From: Tubulanus polymorphus
Taxonomy: Eukaryota; Animalia; Nemertea
DNA: 64,000 bases
Assembly: GCF_964204645.1 (NCBI RefSeq)
Contig: NC_134028.1
Location: 3,906,001 to 3,970,000 of the forward strand
Reading direction: 5' to 3'
The notes under the pieces were generated by a model. The model worked only from the letters and a program-made list of their open reading frames with translations, did no database searches and had not been told where the DNA came from. Shown piece after piece: positions 1 through 12,480 of the stretch. Position 1 is the first letter of the stretch. Each line of letters starts with the position of its first letter. A program made the position numbers and the translations under genes.

Positions 1-1201
1 GGCCGTCTGAACTTTCCAAAGTTTCATCACCACGAACTTTACCACGATGAAAAAAAATAGATAGATCTGGATGAAAAGATTGTGTTATGCCGCGCAAATG
101 ATGCAAATATGAACACACCAAAGGCAAATACCGACAAAAAATAATCAGCTACGCCTGCAACTTCCAAGAATTAAGTGATAACAGGATAAGAACGAGAGAG
201 CGAGAGGAAGGAGGAGACCAAAATAATATTCTGATGAAATCTATCGGCGAGAATCCTGTATAAAGAATCCATTGTCGTCAGTAGCGTCTGCGCCTCGTGA
301 ATATGAAAGGTCGTGGCATTTAAACAATATTCCCGAGAATTAGTCGCTAAAAGCAAAATAGGTAGAATATCAAAAGAGATGGATTTTCGCCGCTTAGTAT
401 ATCGACCGGTTTGTTCCCCGTGCGCGTCTGAAAAAAAGTCTACCGCCGCAACATCGTCATCGACAGTTCGGTGCGAACCTCACCAATGATTTTCAATCTT
501 CGATAGCGAAATAAACAGAACATTATATCGAATGATATGTATTTGTAGATTTCCCAGAGGATCCGAGTGAACATGCCGGTGCAACTTGAATATTCCACGA
601 AAAAATAACTGAACCGTGGCCTGAAATTGTTTGGCTCAGTAGACCAATATGTCGATGCGAACTTTATTAGTACAGGAAATACCTCGGTTTTTTATCAGGG
701 CCATATTTGAAATTCTTATCTTTGATATTAAATTATTCTAGTGATATTCAGTAAACCCCCGCTTTGCGTAAAGCCGTCATTTCAATTATCCTTAATTACA
801 CGACGCCAATCGTAGCTCCACGTCCAGACAATTAAAAATCAGATCAGCTGAATATGGAAATTGTCGTCACAAGCGTTTTGTTTCATTCAGAGATTCTGAA
901 TTTCTGTCGCTAATCTGTCACACAAACTGATGCATCAACTTGGCCAGGTATATCGCTCTATTTCTGTCTACTGCGTGATTGATTATGGAACAACGATGGA
1001 CGAGGAATCATCCGAAATGGCATCATTCACACAGGAAGGGTCGCTCTTCTTTTTTCGTGTCAAGATAAATGAGCTACAAATGAAATTAACGCCGAGCGAT
1101 GATCATCAGAGTGAATAAACCAAACGACAGGTAAAAATCCACACTCGGAGATACTCAAGGTCAATTGGATCCTGTCGCTGTGCACTTCGACATTTATACA
1201 C

Positions 1202-1215
1202 GTCACCATGGCAAC
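1202..1215. promoter_or_regulatory. RFX X-box motif (GTCACCATGGCAAC)
   Basis: 14-bp imperfect palindrome matching the X-box consensus GTNRCCATGGYAAC. Function is not shown by sequence alone. Confidence 0.45.
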
Positions 1216-3250
1216 TGAAACAAATCAACGGTTTATATGACACTGGTTTGGCCAGTGTATAAAAGTTGGCTACTGTCGTGTCTGTCGGTGTGACATTGCA
1301 TGACAGTTCATTACGGGGGCCACTAACCCGGTCATCACCACCACGTCTATCATGACTGACAACTCCTCAATTAATTACACGACGTCTCTTGTTACCAGGC
1401 ACATCTACAGTTTAGAGTCGAGGCAACTAGAGAGCTTTCAAGAAAAAAAGACTTCTGCGTTTCCGGTTTGGGTGAAAGGCCCGGATGTAGTTGATTCTGA
1501 TGGTTGTCAAAGCGGTGCTATCATTGGATAAAAAAACCCACTGTCTCAGCGATCGATGCTCGCGCGCGAAAACCAAAAAAGCGTAGAGAGATATTAGTAT
1601 TACGCATTATATGCAAAGTAGATCCGCGTGGCCTGTTCCAAGTGTCACGTGGTTGTCGGTGGAGATTGGGAAATTAATGAGAACGTTAAGACGGATTTAT
1701 CTTGTCACCTGAGAAGAGATCTTAGCGGATTTAAATCACTCATTAATATCACCGTTGACAGATATGTGAATCGTTATTGCTTTAGGAATTGAATTTGACT
1801 TATAGTTTATCCGTCAAAATGAAGAATTAACTAATGTATAATTTGGGCATATGCATCGTAAAATGAGGATTGGACTTAAGACACTTCAAAACGTCATTGC
1901 TAAGTAGCCCAATGTAACCCCAAGTTGAAAGTGACACGATGTAGCTTGCAAAAATGATCCATAATTAGACCGCTTCTTCGGAAACATAAAGCATAGAAAA
2001 AATGATATCGGTTTTTTTCTAACGGACACCTGTCGCGGGATGTGCAATAAGACATGGATGTAAGACATTATAGATAGTTGATCAATCGTGTATAGCTTGT
2101 TAATAGGTCAATACTATCAGAGCCAAACGATCGATTATCGCATTGATTTTCGATAACCGTGGAACCACGTAATGACCCGTTAAATAGCGTTACGTTGTAC
2201 AAGGTATACGATGTATAAATCTGAATCAATTGACTGAAAAAATCTTACGTTTTTACACTTTCACTTGCAATGGTCGTAAACGAAAAAGAAACTGTCGCCA
2301 CGCCTGATCAGTCCGACTTATAAATGTATATATTGTTATTTATTATCATTGGCACCCGGAGTTTATTCCGAATAGAAAAAACGAAGCTCGTTGAGAAAAC
2401 TCGTAAATGAAAACTGTTCTGATCGTCGGCCGAGTTTCTCGATTTGACGAATTTCTGCCGATGCACGCGGAGCGCGTGCGCTATCTGGTGAATTTACCGA
2501 GAACTCGAATGTTTTACAGTTTATTCGACAGCAGCAAAACGCGGTTGTTAAACTGCTGTTTCTATACGGCTAAGATATATTTACGTACACCGATCAAATT
2601 GAGTAATTATACCGTTCTTTCTTAATGTTTTAAACCTTTTTTTAGAACCCTGGGACGCTATCGTAAATCTTTATAATGTTACACAGTCACGGTAAAGGCA
2701 ATAATTGTGTAGTAAATGGTTTCTGGGTATCACGTACATTGAAAGATGAATTCAAAGTGTAATGAGCTTTTTTTCAGACAATAAATCATGACTATTTCGT
2801 AGATTTTTATACAAACTTACTTAAGTCCGAATGGTAAAAGTGATACGTGTATCAAAAGAAATAAATGATGTACGTATATCAAAAGGTTTTCAGGTACCTA
2901 CGGATAACATCGCCGATTTTTTTCAACCGCACATGTTTATTTATTTTCGCGAAGTTTAAGATCCCACTCACGAACGGTTTATACACTTTTCGAAACGATA
3001 CTGTTTATTCACTGAAAACATCGAGAGAAAATAAACGATGGATTGAATCAATGATTTCGACGTAGGAGTTTGCGCCTCGCGAGGTATATATTTGAAAATG
3101 CAGCCAAGTGTGACTCATTATTTACCGACATAAACCAAATGAAACAGGTCTGTGAGTGAAGAAAGGTAATACTGTTGTGACTCAATTTTAGGTGGAGTAG
3201 TTCTTCAGTGACGCGTTTAAGTGTCACACGTTCTCAAACGGAATGCAGCA

Positions 3251-3275
3251 ATATATATATATATATATATATATA
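3251..3275. repeat. (AT)n microsatellite
   Basis: About 12 uninterrupted AT units. Confidence 0.95.
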
Positions 3276-4217
3276 AACGCCGAGTTCGCTACCGACAAAA
3301 CTGATTTATTGCATAGGCCTACCTTTTATTGCGAATTTATAGCAGTTTGACCGCAGTCACAGGTCAGAATCTAATAACACGACTGAGAATGTGTGATACG
3401 CTCTCTGTTTGATGTACGTCGGTGACATTACTCGACGATTCATTGCTGTATTCATGCCAAACATCATATTATATACACGTGTATAGTCTGGACCAGACAC
3501 AATTGTCACCACACGATAACCTCCCGACGATTTTTGATTAATGTCGGTTTTTGCATTTTGATCTACCGTCCATATTGATAATTACTGCACATATATACGG
3601 AATATGTAGGCATGTCAACAACCACAGAGAAATTCGTGATCGCATCCAAAGCCGTATTATCACTAGCCTACAGTTTCAAAAGGTTAAAGACAATTACATA
3701 AATCTCCTATCTAACAACTACCACAAAATGGTTTCGTCCAATGATTCTCAGCCTACCTTTGAGAAAAGTGTTCCTTGTTGTATTTTACGCGTTTTTCTTG
3801 TGGGTTCTTATGCTGTAAATTAAAAAAAAACTGACTTTATTTAAAATACCATTAAATTCGTTCAAATGTTAAGGTTGACAGCATAACTGGCGACATTGTT
3901 ATTCGAAAAATGAATTGAGAACAACAAAGTGTCTTTCTTTCCATTGTTTTGAGTTAGAAAAAAAGCGAGTCGATCCCTTTAGGCGGAAAGCAAGGCAAAC
4001 ATTTCCATCTTTCTTCGGCTGCACTTGCCGATTCAGTATAATGATTGATCGAAGCGCGAAGAATGTGTTTGATTTATGGAAATGTATCCGCCAACTGGGA
4101 AGTAAAAGGTGACCGTAAACAACGACCTTTAATGCCGTGTGCCTGTCAATAATGTAGGGCCTATACTGGCAGCTTTAGTTGTAAATGTCAAATCCGCCCT
4201 GTTGTAACAAAAACATT

Positions 4218-4286
4218 CTATACAGCCCAGGGTTTAGTCTGGAATAGTTGTCATCATCGACCAGGGTCAAACTCAGGACTGTATAG
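4218..4286. repeat. Short foldback, probably a minimal Tc1/mariner-type MITE (TA-CAG...CTG-TA)
   Basis: CTATACAGCCCAGGGTTTAGTCTGG pairs imperfectly with CCAGGGTCAAACTCAGGACTGTATAG; TA flanks both CAG/CTG ends. Confidence 0.5.
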
Positions 4287-5041
4287 TCTAGAACGAAGTA
4301 TGACGAATATTAGAATAGAGGGAGATATTCGTCATAATAGTTAGAACTAATGCGTCCACAAAAACTAGATTTCTATGGGGAAAATTCCTGTTTCCCTGTA
4401 GCTTTAAATCACCAGAAAAGCATCCTCCCTTGTTAGGCCGATAAAGTCATGAAATATAGTTCAGTAATTTTTTAATTCTTGGAGAGATGACGTCGATTTT
4501 GCGTCATTCGTGACGTAATTCCAGGGCCCCGATTCAAGACGATTCACGCATTTTCAAGTGAATTGTTGATGTCGATTGAGAATGTAAAAGTTGTCATTAG
4601 TAACTAATTGTAATTTTGTTGTTTAAAACCTGCCCCCAGGGCGAATACGAGTGTAAAACCAATTACGAAGGAAAATGGTAAGCAAAACGCCATGCGAGCC
4701 TGCGGGGAGCTATTCATTATGATAGAATTTCATCAGCACGCGAGAGGAACATAACAAACGCACACAGACATCAAATCCACTGAGCCATGGTTGACTCGAA
4801 AAGGTCACCGCCGCTTGAAGAGGCTCTTGTGGCTGGGTTCATAAAAGTGAAATCGACAAATGGCACGACAAATGTCAATCGTGCGTCGAGTCGTATCGTA
4901 ATATCATGATGTATTTGCAGTCGGGAGGAATTATGAAGATGGAAATTGTCCATAATCCGATATTTGTGATCATTATCACTGCCGATGGAGACGGACGGGT
5001 GAACAGAAGATATATCGTACTGTTTTATGCACCTCATCCTG

Positions 5042-5170
5042 GGCCCAGTTTCACGAAAAAGTGTACGCTTAAAACAGTTAAGTTTGAATTGTTGTCCTCA
5101 TTGAAAACATGAAGTAACCAATGGCAATTAATCAAAAAATTTGAGTTAACCTTTTTCGTGAAACTGGCCC
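5042..5170. mobile_element. Harbinger-like MITE (CWG-flanked)
   Basis: TIRs GGCCCAGTTTCACGAAAAAG and CTTTTTCGTGAAACTGGCCC, flanked by CTG and CAG. Related copy at 47309-47415. Confidence 0.75.
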
Positions 5171-6379
5171 CAGGAAGTGGCTGTTCCCGCTGTGTTCTAA
5201 CGACACTGATCCTATCCCCAACATCAAACGACTGGGTGAAACTGTTTTAATGCATTTCCTATATTGAAATGTGGTTTTCCAGAGACTCGAAACGCGAGTG
5301 CTATAATTGTGAATGAATATATTTGAGTGAATGGCGCGTAAATCCCGAGCGAGTAAGTACGTATATAGAGAAATGTGTATCATTCTTCATTTCGACCGCA
5401 GTTCGACGCGGAGAAATGAAACATTCATCGTAGAATGCCAATTGGCGTGTCTATCTCACGACTATTCTGGCGGCAAAGCTGTTAGTCGCTATAGAAAAGT
5501 CATTACCTGGAATGTAGAAAGCTGCAGAGAATTCATCACGTAAGCCGTATATTCACCGCTGCAGACGATTCTCTGGATCAATCAATCCTGAGCGAAATGA
5601 ATTTCTCTGTCAGACATGTCAAGCAGAATAGAATATAATCCGCGTCATTCTTTAACGTGACGTATCGAACTTATCTTCAGCCGTGTTCTCGGTTATTGTT
5701 ACCAGCTCCACACGAAATTTCTTCTCGCCTCCAACTATTTCAGACACGTTGCAACTCTGAGATATACCATCTACACCAGAAACTGTGCAATCGTTTCGCC
5801 TTTTATGCAATTATAGGCGAGCGATAAAAACATTTACTTTGAATAAAGTTCGCGAGTAAGGTATATGATAATAACACTTCGCCCTCTCTTCTCGTGCTGA
5901 TGATAATGGAAGAAGAATTTGAGGTTTAAAATTTCCGGAATAACAACAACCTTCCTGAAAACCGCAACTTGTCTGCAACCTTTCAGAAATTCGCCTGTTA
6001 TCATCGGGAATTAGCAGTATTTCAGGAGCCGAAGTCAGCGGGTTACAGGCTAGACATGGCGAAATAGATACTTGCCTAGGTTAACAATTCACAGGAGTTC
6101 CGATCATTCTTGCGATGAAACACAACCTTTCTGACATCAAAGATACAGATCCACAAGGGGAAAGAAAAAAAATTAGACAACTCGAATTCCAACTCTCTGA
6201 TATATACCGTATAAAGCCTACTGTCAAATACCGAATGTCAAGTCATTATCAAATTTATTATTCAGGCATCTTGACGAGTAAAACCGGGGTGAAAACGAAT
6301 CGGTGGCGTTGGCTAATTCGTCCTCAATAATTCAACAATATAATGATACGTCACACGGATGAGTGCGTCCGACTTATCC

Positions 6380-6967
6380 GTTTCCATGGCGACTGAACGA
6401 AAAAAGTGAGGAGCACAGTTTAAATCCATCCTCTTCATGCGTACTTAACACACTTTTTGTAAACATCGCGTGTATGATGAAGATTTAAGTCGTCGATATA
6501 TGGATAGAGAGTTAGTCAGTGATGACGTAAAACTGTATAGTTAAATGCAGCGAGTTCTCGTCTAGTGGTCGATTAGAGTGTCGCCATCAAAATTACATTT
6601 TATAGACCTCGTACACGTGACGTAATCGATTGGTTTTATTCGACGTCATTCGTGCTAATTTGTATGTATTCGCGCAATAAGCACCAAAAAATTTTTATCA
6701 GCTTTAAAAATATGTTCAGTTTAGCTCACCGGGTTAGCTCAATTGCAGTGTTTAAAACCCCATGTGAGATAACTCAAAACTGCAGAATGGTCTCCTGTTG
6801 TATAAATCATATTGCATTAAATTTACCGTATCTTATTTTGTTGTTATACAAGGTCTTCAACTAGACCAACATTTCAGTCTCCGACACTGACAGGTAAACA
6901 TTACTAAACGATGTCTCACCTGCCCGACGGACTTTTGTACGGCACCATCACGTGATATAAGCACGTG
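6380..6967. promoter_or_regulatory. Candidate enhancer: X-box, TGACGT(A/C) bZIP sites and E-boxes
   Basis: GTTTCCATGGCGAC at 6380-6393; GATGACGTAA near 6521; CACGTGACGTAA near 6614; GACGTCA near 6642; tandem CACGTG at 6949-6954 and 6962-6967. Confidence 0.35.
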
Positions 6968-8691
6968 GTTACACCCCTCTCTAATGCGATGAAAGCAAAC
7001 GTTGTCGTCTGCGAGAGTTGTTTTCCATCGTCTAGAATTACATCAACGACGACTACGATTATCGATTAATGAGAAAAAATCGGTCGATTGAAAAACAAAA
7101 ATGGACGACGCTTCTTCAGAAATGCTCGAGGACTTTCCGCGAATTGGCCTAAAACGGCGTAAAACTATCTAAAGTAATGACGGAAAAGATGAAAGAAATC
7201 CTGAAAAAAATACGCAGATCTCAGTGAAGTAACGCTCAATTAAATGCGCATCCACAAAACTGGTATTTTTGGAAGCATCGTGAATTATCGTGATGAACTA
7301 TAACGACAGTTCTCTTCGATTCATCTTCTTATTTTTAGGAAACTTCAAACGCTGTTGGCGTTGATTAATTATTCGTGAAATAATTAATGATGTCGAAAAT
7401 GAAAAGCTGTAGTAGTGCTGCGCGTATCACTTTGAAAGAAGTTGCGTTTACTCGTTAACCTCTGATTTCATTTTATGAATTTCTGCACGAGAGTTTTTAA
7501 GAGATAGTACAGTTACAAACCTATTAACGGGAAGTAGAACGAGTGCAGAACGAACATGTCGGTTAAAGGAGCGGTTATAAAGAAACCGAACAAATTTCGT
7601 ATTCAGCAAATGTGGAGACGTCTGATTGTGATAATGTAGTTGTCGCACGTCCGTCTTTATAGTCCGACACCAAACAGATAGATTGATCCTCGTCTATTTG
7701 ATGTTTCTTTGGCAAAAAACAACATCAACATATCCGTTAGCGTGAGCAAACACTGCATGAAAAAAAAACACCTCCGATTCCCCAAGATGAAACCGAATCC
7801 GCAAAAGGTATATATCTCAAAATATCGCCTAGAACGTGTATGATCTGTTTGTGAACCCGAAACTAAAATTCCTCATCGCCGTTTCGGTACGGGGTACCGT
7901 AACTAGCTACTGTTCTTTAGAATGTCGGTTAATATGAATCATCCGATATGTGTTAATGTGGAAATCATCTTTGCATCTTCTTTTTTCGGAGCTGATCAAA
8001 TGCTTTACGTATATCGAAAGATATAATCTTTTCTCTTTTTTTCGCCTCGAACTGTGGTTGGTCTAACACGCGAGAGGAGATCATCGTACGAATAAAACTA
8101 TTTCAGAAATTTTGTATTTTTTCGCACGCGTCAAAATAGGTTTTTTAAAATTAGTTTTCGCTCGATCCCTTATAAAACGTCTATTTTCGGACGTGACTGA
8201 TATTGAAGGCAACGATCAGTTTTTAATAACGTTAATGATGGACTCCGCATGTGAAAGACAAACAGCGATTGTATTTTGAATATTTGATCATATTGTGGTT
8301 GAAATATTCGCCCACTAGTGCGCCACACGATATTGCATTAGTAAACATTAACTATGGCGTTATTAATTGCATTATGCATTAAACGCTCTTCGTGAAAATA
8401 TCGTACACACGCGATATATTACATGATCCGATCGGTAATGGAATCCTTATTGGTAGAAAGATATGGATTATTACTAAAGGAACTAAAGGAATCATCGCTG
8501 CCAGCGTTTCATAGATAGCAATTACACCAAACCGAAAGACGTAAAGACGAATTGATATCCAATACACACACACACACGGGTGTCTGTCGCGTGTGTTCAT
8601 TTTGCTCCCGGGAATATGAATCCATTAAATCAAAAAGAAAAAAAATGCAGTCGAATTTAAAACGGCGCCGGCAAGCTGTCACGATGCAGCA

Positions 8692-8700
8692 ATGATGATG

Positions 8701-8732
<32 letters not shown>

Positions 8733-8739
8733 GATGATG
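8692..8739. repeat. (ATG/GAT)n trinucleotide microsatellite
   Basis: About 16 units with one GTG interruption. It explains the poly-His, poly-Ser and poly-Ile ORFs in the ORF track. Confidence 0.95.
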
Positions 8740-9135
8740 GCCCCGTACGAAATATTTGGACATAAAAAAACACAAGATGATGGCAATATGATTTTGCTGC
8801 CATTGAAAAGTGCAGAAATTGCGCAATTCGAGAATTCAAAAGCTCTCATTTGAAACCACGTACTTTCCAGCAATCTTTCTTGTTTCTATAAAGCCCTCGC
8901 GGCAGGAAGAATTTCAAAAATATATATTTCTATAAATGTATAGACTCATTGATTGTTCCTCTCCCTGGAAACCTTTAGTTAAAAAGCGACAGATTTAATC
9001 GTGGTTGGAGAAAGTGCTTGCCGAGATTTTCTAAGTTTTCTTGACGATAAGAATTCGAGGCATTTAACACCACAGCAAATGCCTCGAACCGAGTTATTTA
9101 GAAATTTGGAATTTTAAACCTGAATTTCGAGCATC

Positions 9136-9208
9136 GGTTCCATAGTGTAGTGGTTATCACGTCCGCTTTACACGCGGAAGGCCGCGGGTTCGAGCCCCGC
9201 TGGAACCT
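9136..9208 (+). tRNA. tRNA-Val (anticodon TAC)
   Basis: GGTTCCATAGTGTAGTGGTTATCACGTCCGCTTTACACGCGGAAGGCCGCGGGTTCGAGCCCCGCTGGAACC folds as a full cloverleaf: acceptor GGTTCCA/TGGAACC, anticodon stem TCCGC/GCGGA with loop TTTACAC, T-stem GCGGG/CCCGC with TTCGAGC. Close to metazoan Val-TAC; TTTT Pol III terminator at 9215-9218. Confidence 0.96.
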
Positions 9209-12200
9209 TAATCCTTTTACTGAGAAATTGAACCTGATTCTTTTCTGCTTCCTACTCGACATTGAACCCTTCTAATACATAGAATTTTTATCAGCCATGA
9301 CTGTGTTTAACCATCAAAAGCCTTTGGTTAGGAGGTTGGTGATATACAACATATCAATATGTGTTGACATTTCAAGTTTTATTGAGTTTCAGTCATAATT
9401 TTAGTTACCACACAACCACACTGAAATTACTCATGCCATATCGTAAAATCAAAAGCTCCATTCGCGTCACGCGATTTCTCTTGCGAAGAAATCAATCCAG
9501 AGATCTCTTTGTCGGTCATTTCAAGTTGAACACGCGTTCATCATTTGCCGATGCATCATTACTGATAATGTGACGTGATTTGATTCGAGTAATGTGTTTC
9601 ACTATTTCAGCCCCTGTACGTATATAGCGCCACAATCTGCCACTGCCGTTTTATTTATCAATGCTAAATGTCTAGCGAAAAAATAGTTACGAGCGATGAT
9701 TAAATGGAGTTTTACACGTATATGTACGCTGACAGTAAGTCCCCCATCTCCAAGAGTGTCTTCAGACTTGAAATAAAGCACCCGCGACGTATAGTTTATT
9801 GTTGTAAAGGTTTATTGTGTCTGAAGCGGTGGATGTGGCACTCGTGGGCGGTTTTATGAGCTACTGCTCTTGAGAAGTCAGTCGTAACGAGGACATACTG
9901 AAGAAAACAAAGTATTATTTACTATGTCATTATCATGTGAAATTGGAGTGTCTCGTTAATATGCTTATGATTGAAGTCACGATGCGGTGCACTTGACCGC
10001 CGATACTAGAGTTGATAATTGCATGAAGCGTCAACATATCCACCCTGATAAATTCAGTGGCTCGTCAATATCAAAACGAAAACGCAACTAAAATCCGTGA
10101 CGCTAAGTTTGAAAATCACGCGTGGTCCAGGAAAATTGGAAGGCTGAGTCCATAAGAAAATGAAGGCCAATCTTCGCATATAGCAGCCATGCCGTTGGAA
10201 GAAAGCATCCGATAAGATGCACTTTCCTCGACGTCGTGCCTCGCAATTTTGCTGGCCATTTGAGTATAATCGTGGACTCTTACGAAATTCATTTTAGATT
10301 CAATGGATCAAAATACAGCAGATATTAATGTTGAATATGTCGATGATGATATATTTCGATGTTAACGAGCCACAGAATCCAACAACAGGGAATATCAACT
10401 GCATAAAGTGGCAATTTATTACTTTGGCTCTTAGTTATATATCACAGGATCTTCAAAATGGTCAGCGCTTTCAATCATCTAGAAAAAAGTCGAAGTGCGC
10501 TCCTTGATGGTGTTGCGCTTATGGGAATGCACTCATGTAATGTAATCGCTTATCGAAATACCATCTATAAAAGAGTTACAATACCGAGGAATGTAAATTT
10601 ATGAAGAAGCCGCTAAAAGATCCGAGTCGCTCTCATCCTAAGCGCTCGAACATAAATTTCCAACAGCTTTTTTCTCCACCTCCTTTTGCATATGAAAAAT
10701 TTGCGATATAATAAATGTCTAAGACGCGGCAGTTGGAGGAAATTCCCACGATATTTGATCAATATGCAGTTACATTACATTAGAATCTTCTGTCCCAGCG
10801 TATTGCTAATAATTCAAAGGCAATATTCAGCGATCGTATGTACACAGGCTACGTATTCTCTGAAGTATGAAACAAGCATTATCAAAACAAATTATTGCGT
10901 GGATCATAATGTTGTCTAGAATTTTGTGTCCCGAAGCAAGTTAAGTTATCATTGATGAAAATTACATTTTGAAGGGCGATGTATACGTTAAGTTTCATCA
11001 TACAAATAACATTTCGATCGAAACTACGTGAAGGCTTTACGCATATCATCAATATAATCATCTCGCAGACTCTTGTTTCTATGTAAAATCGTCGTTATCA
11101 TGTTTGCTGTTATTGTTTACGCGTAGTTGACTTCGGATATGCTTGTAAAATGTGCTGTAAACAACAACATTGGCAACGTTACTTTCCGACTAACATCTAT
11201 TACGAAATGGCTTCACGAATTTTTAATTAAAAAGCTATAACCGTGACACCCACAAAACTTTTGCTATGAATCACGCTATAAGGTGAATTGAAGATCTGTT
11301 TTAGTCACTGATCCCCTTAGGTCAGTGTGGGTAGGACAACCGCCGCGGAGGATAGACATTTGCAGATCGGATTCTCGCAAGGGTCGGCCGCCTAAATGAT
11401 GTGGAGGTCCGATACCTCACACGCTCTATGTTTCTCTCATTTCATCAACGTATTAATGAAATAGGCGCCCAGACAATAATACAAGTTAAACTTTCATATT
11501 TGTTGCTATAAATTTACCTGTTTCAATCTCTAGGTTATGCATGAAATACAGAACGTGGAAGCGAAATACTAAATAAAACATCAGATTTAAGAAACATGTT
11601 TTGCACTATCTCTAAAAACAAGCTTTGATAAGCATATTACACATACAATATGCCTGTAATTTTAAACAGCATCCGAATTATATAGTTCCCACCTGCTTTG
11701 ATAAATGATATGGAGTTCTTCGAATGGGGACTAAAGAGACAAGCGGAGACTCCTTTCCATTAATGTATATTTGTGCATATTCGTCTGGATGAACATGGGG
11801 CCTGGTGCGAGACATTGCCCTTTCGCATACTTATAGGTTACATGAGTTACACGTTATCTTTTTCGTCGATGTGACAAGGGTAAATATGGTAAGAGTATCG
11901 ATGCGCCGATGCGACACGATGTCATTCATTTCCGAGCTCGATTTCCACACACTAAGAGCGGTTTAATCACCGGATATTACATTTCCGGGTTGCTCCGGTT
12001 ATCTGGTGACCGGTCGAAAATCATCGTTCCCGCAATGTATGTAATGTCGCGGGAAAATTTTAATGCAAAATCTGTTCCTTCTGAGACAGCAATTTTATAT
12101 CATACATTATACTATCTTTTTTTTCATTCCCGCGTGCCACAACCGTTAAGCCTCGCAGGTCTGCGCACCGGGAAAATTGAAAATGATTAACGAGAAATAA

Positions 12201-12269
12201 GCTATCATCTCTAGCTGTCATAATGATCAATGAAATAAAAAAATATGTGCAAATAAAGTATCTTCCTAC

Positions 12270-12480
12270 CTTGTGGGCGAATCTGTGCAGTAATTTTGCA
12301 GATTGATGGATTTTTTTCTGGTTGTGATAGTAGTTGCTGATGGCTGCTTGTTCGGTAATGCGGCATTGTATTCACCGTTGCTATGGCTCTACATCATCTG
12401 AAGATGTTAGCGGCGGTGGCTGTGCAGTGAGTCGTGCACTACTCTCCACTCGCATTACCGGTACGGAATGCGCGCTGTTG
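12270..12480 (-). other. Candidate first exon of an unidentified minus-strand gene
   Basis: CAAG|GTAGGA donor at 12270/12269, downstream (on the - strand) of a GC/CpG-rich tract at about 12400-12660. ATG at 12366 opens MPHYRTSSHQQLLSQPEKNPSICKITAQIRPQ up to the donor. No homology recognised. Confidence 0.3.

Noticed and set aside
8509-8873. Poly-His, poly-Ser and poly-Ile ORFs on the - strand
   Set aside because: All three are translations of the (GAT)n microsatellite, with no domain or splice support.
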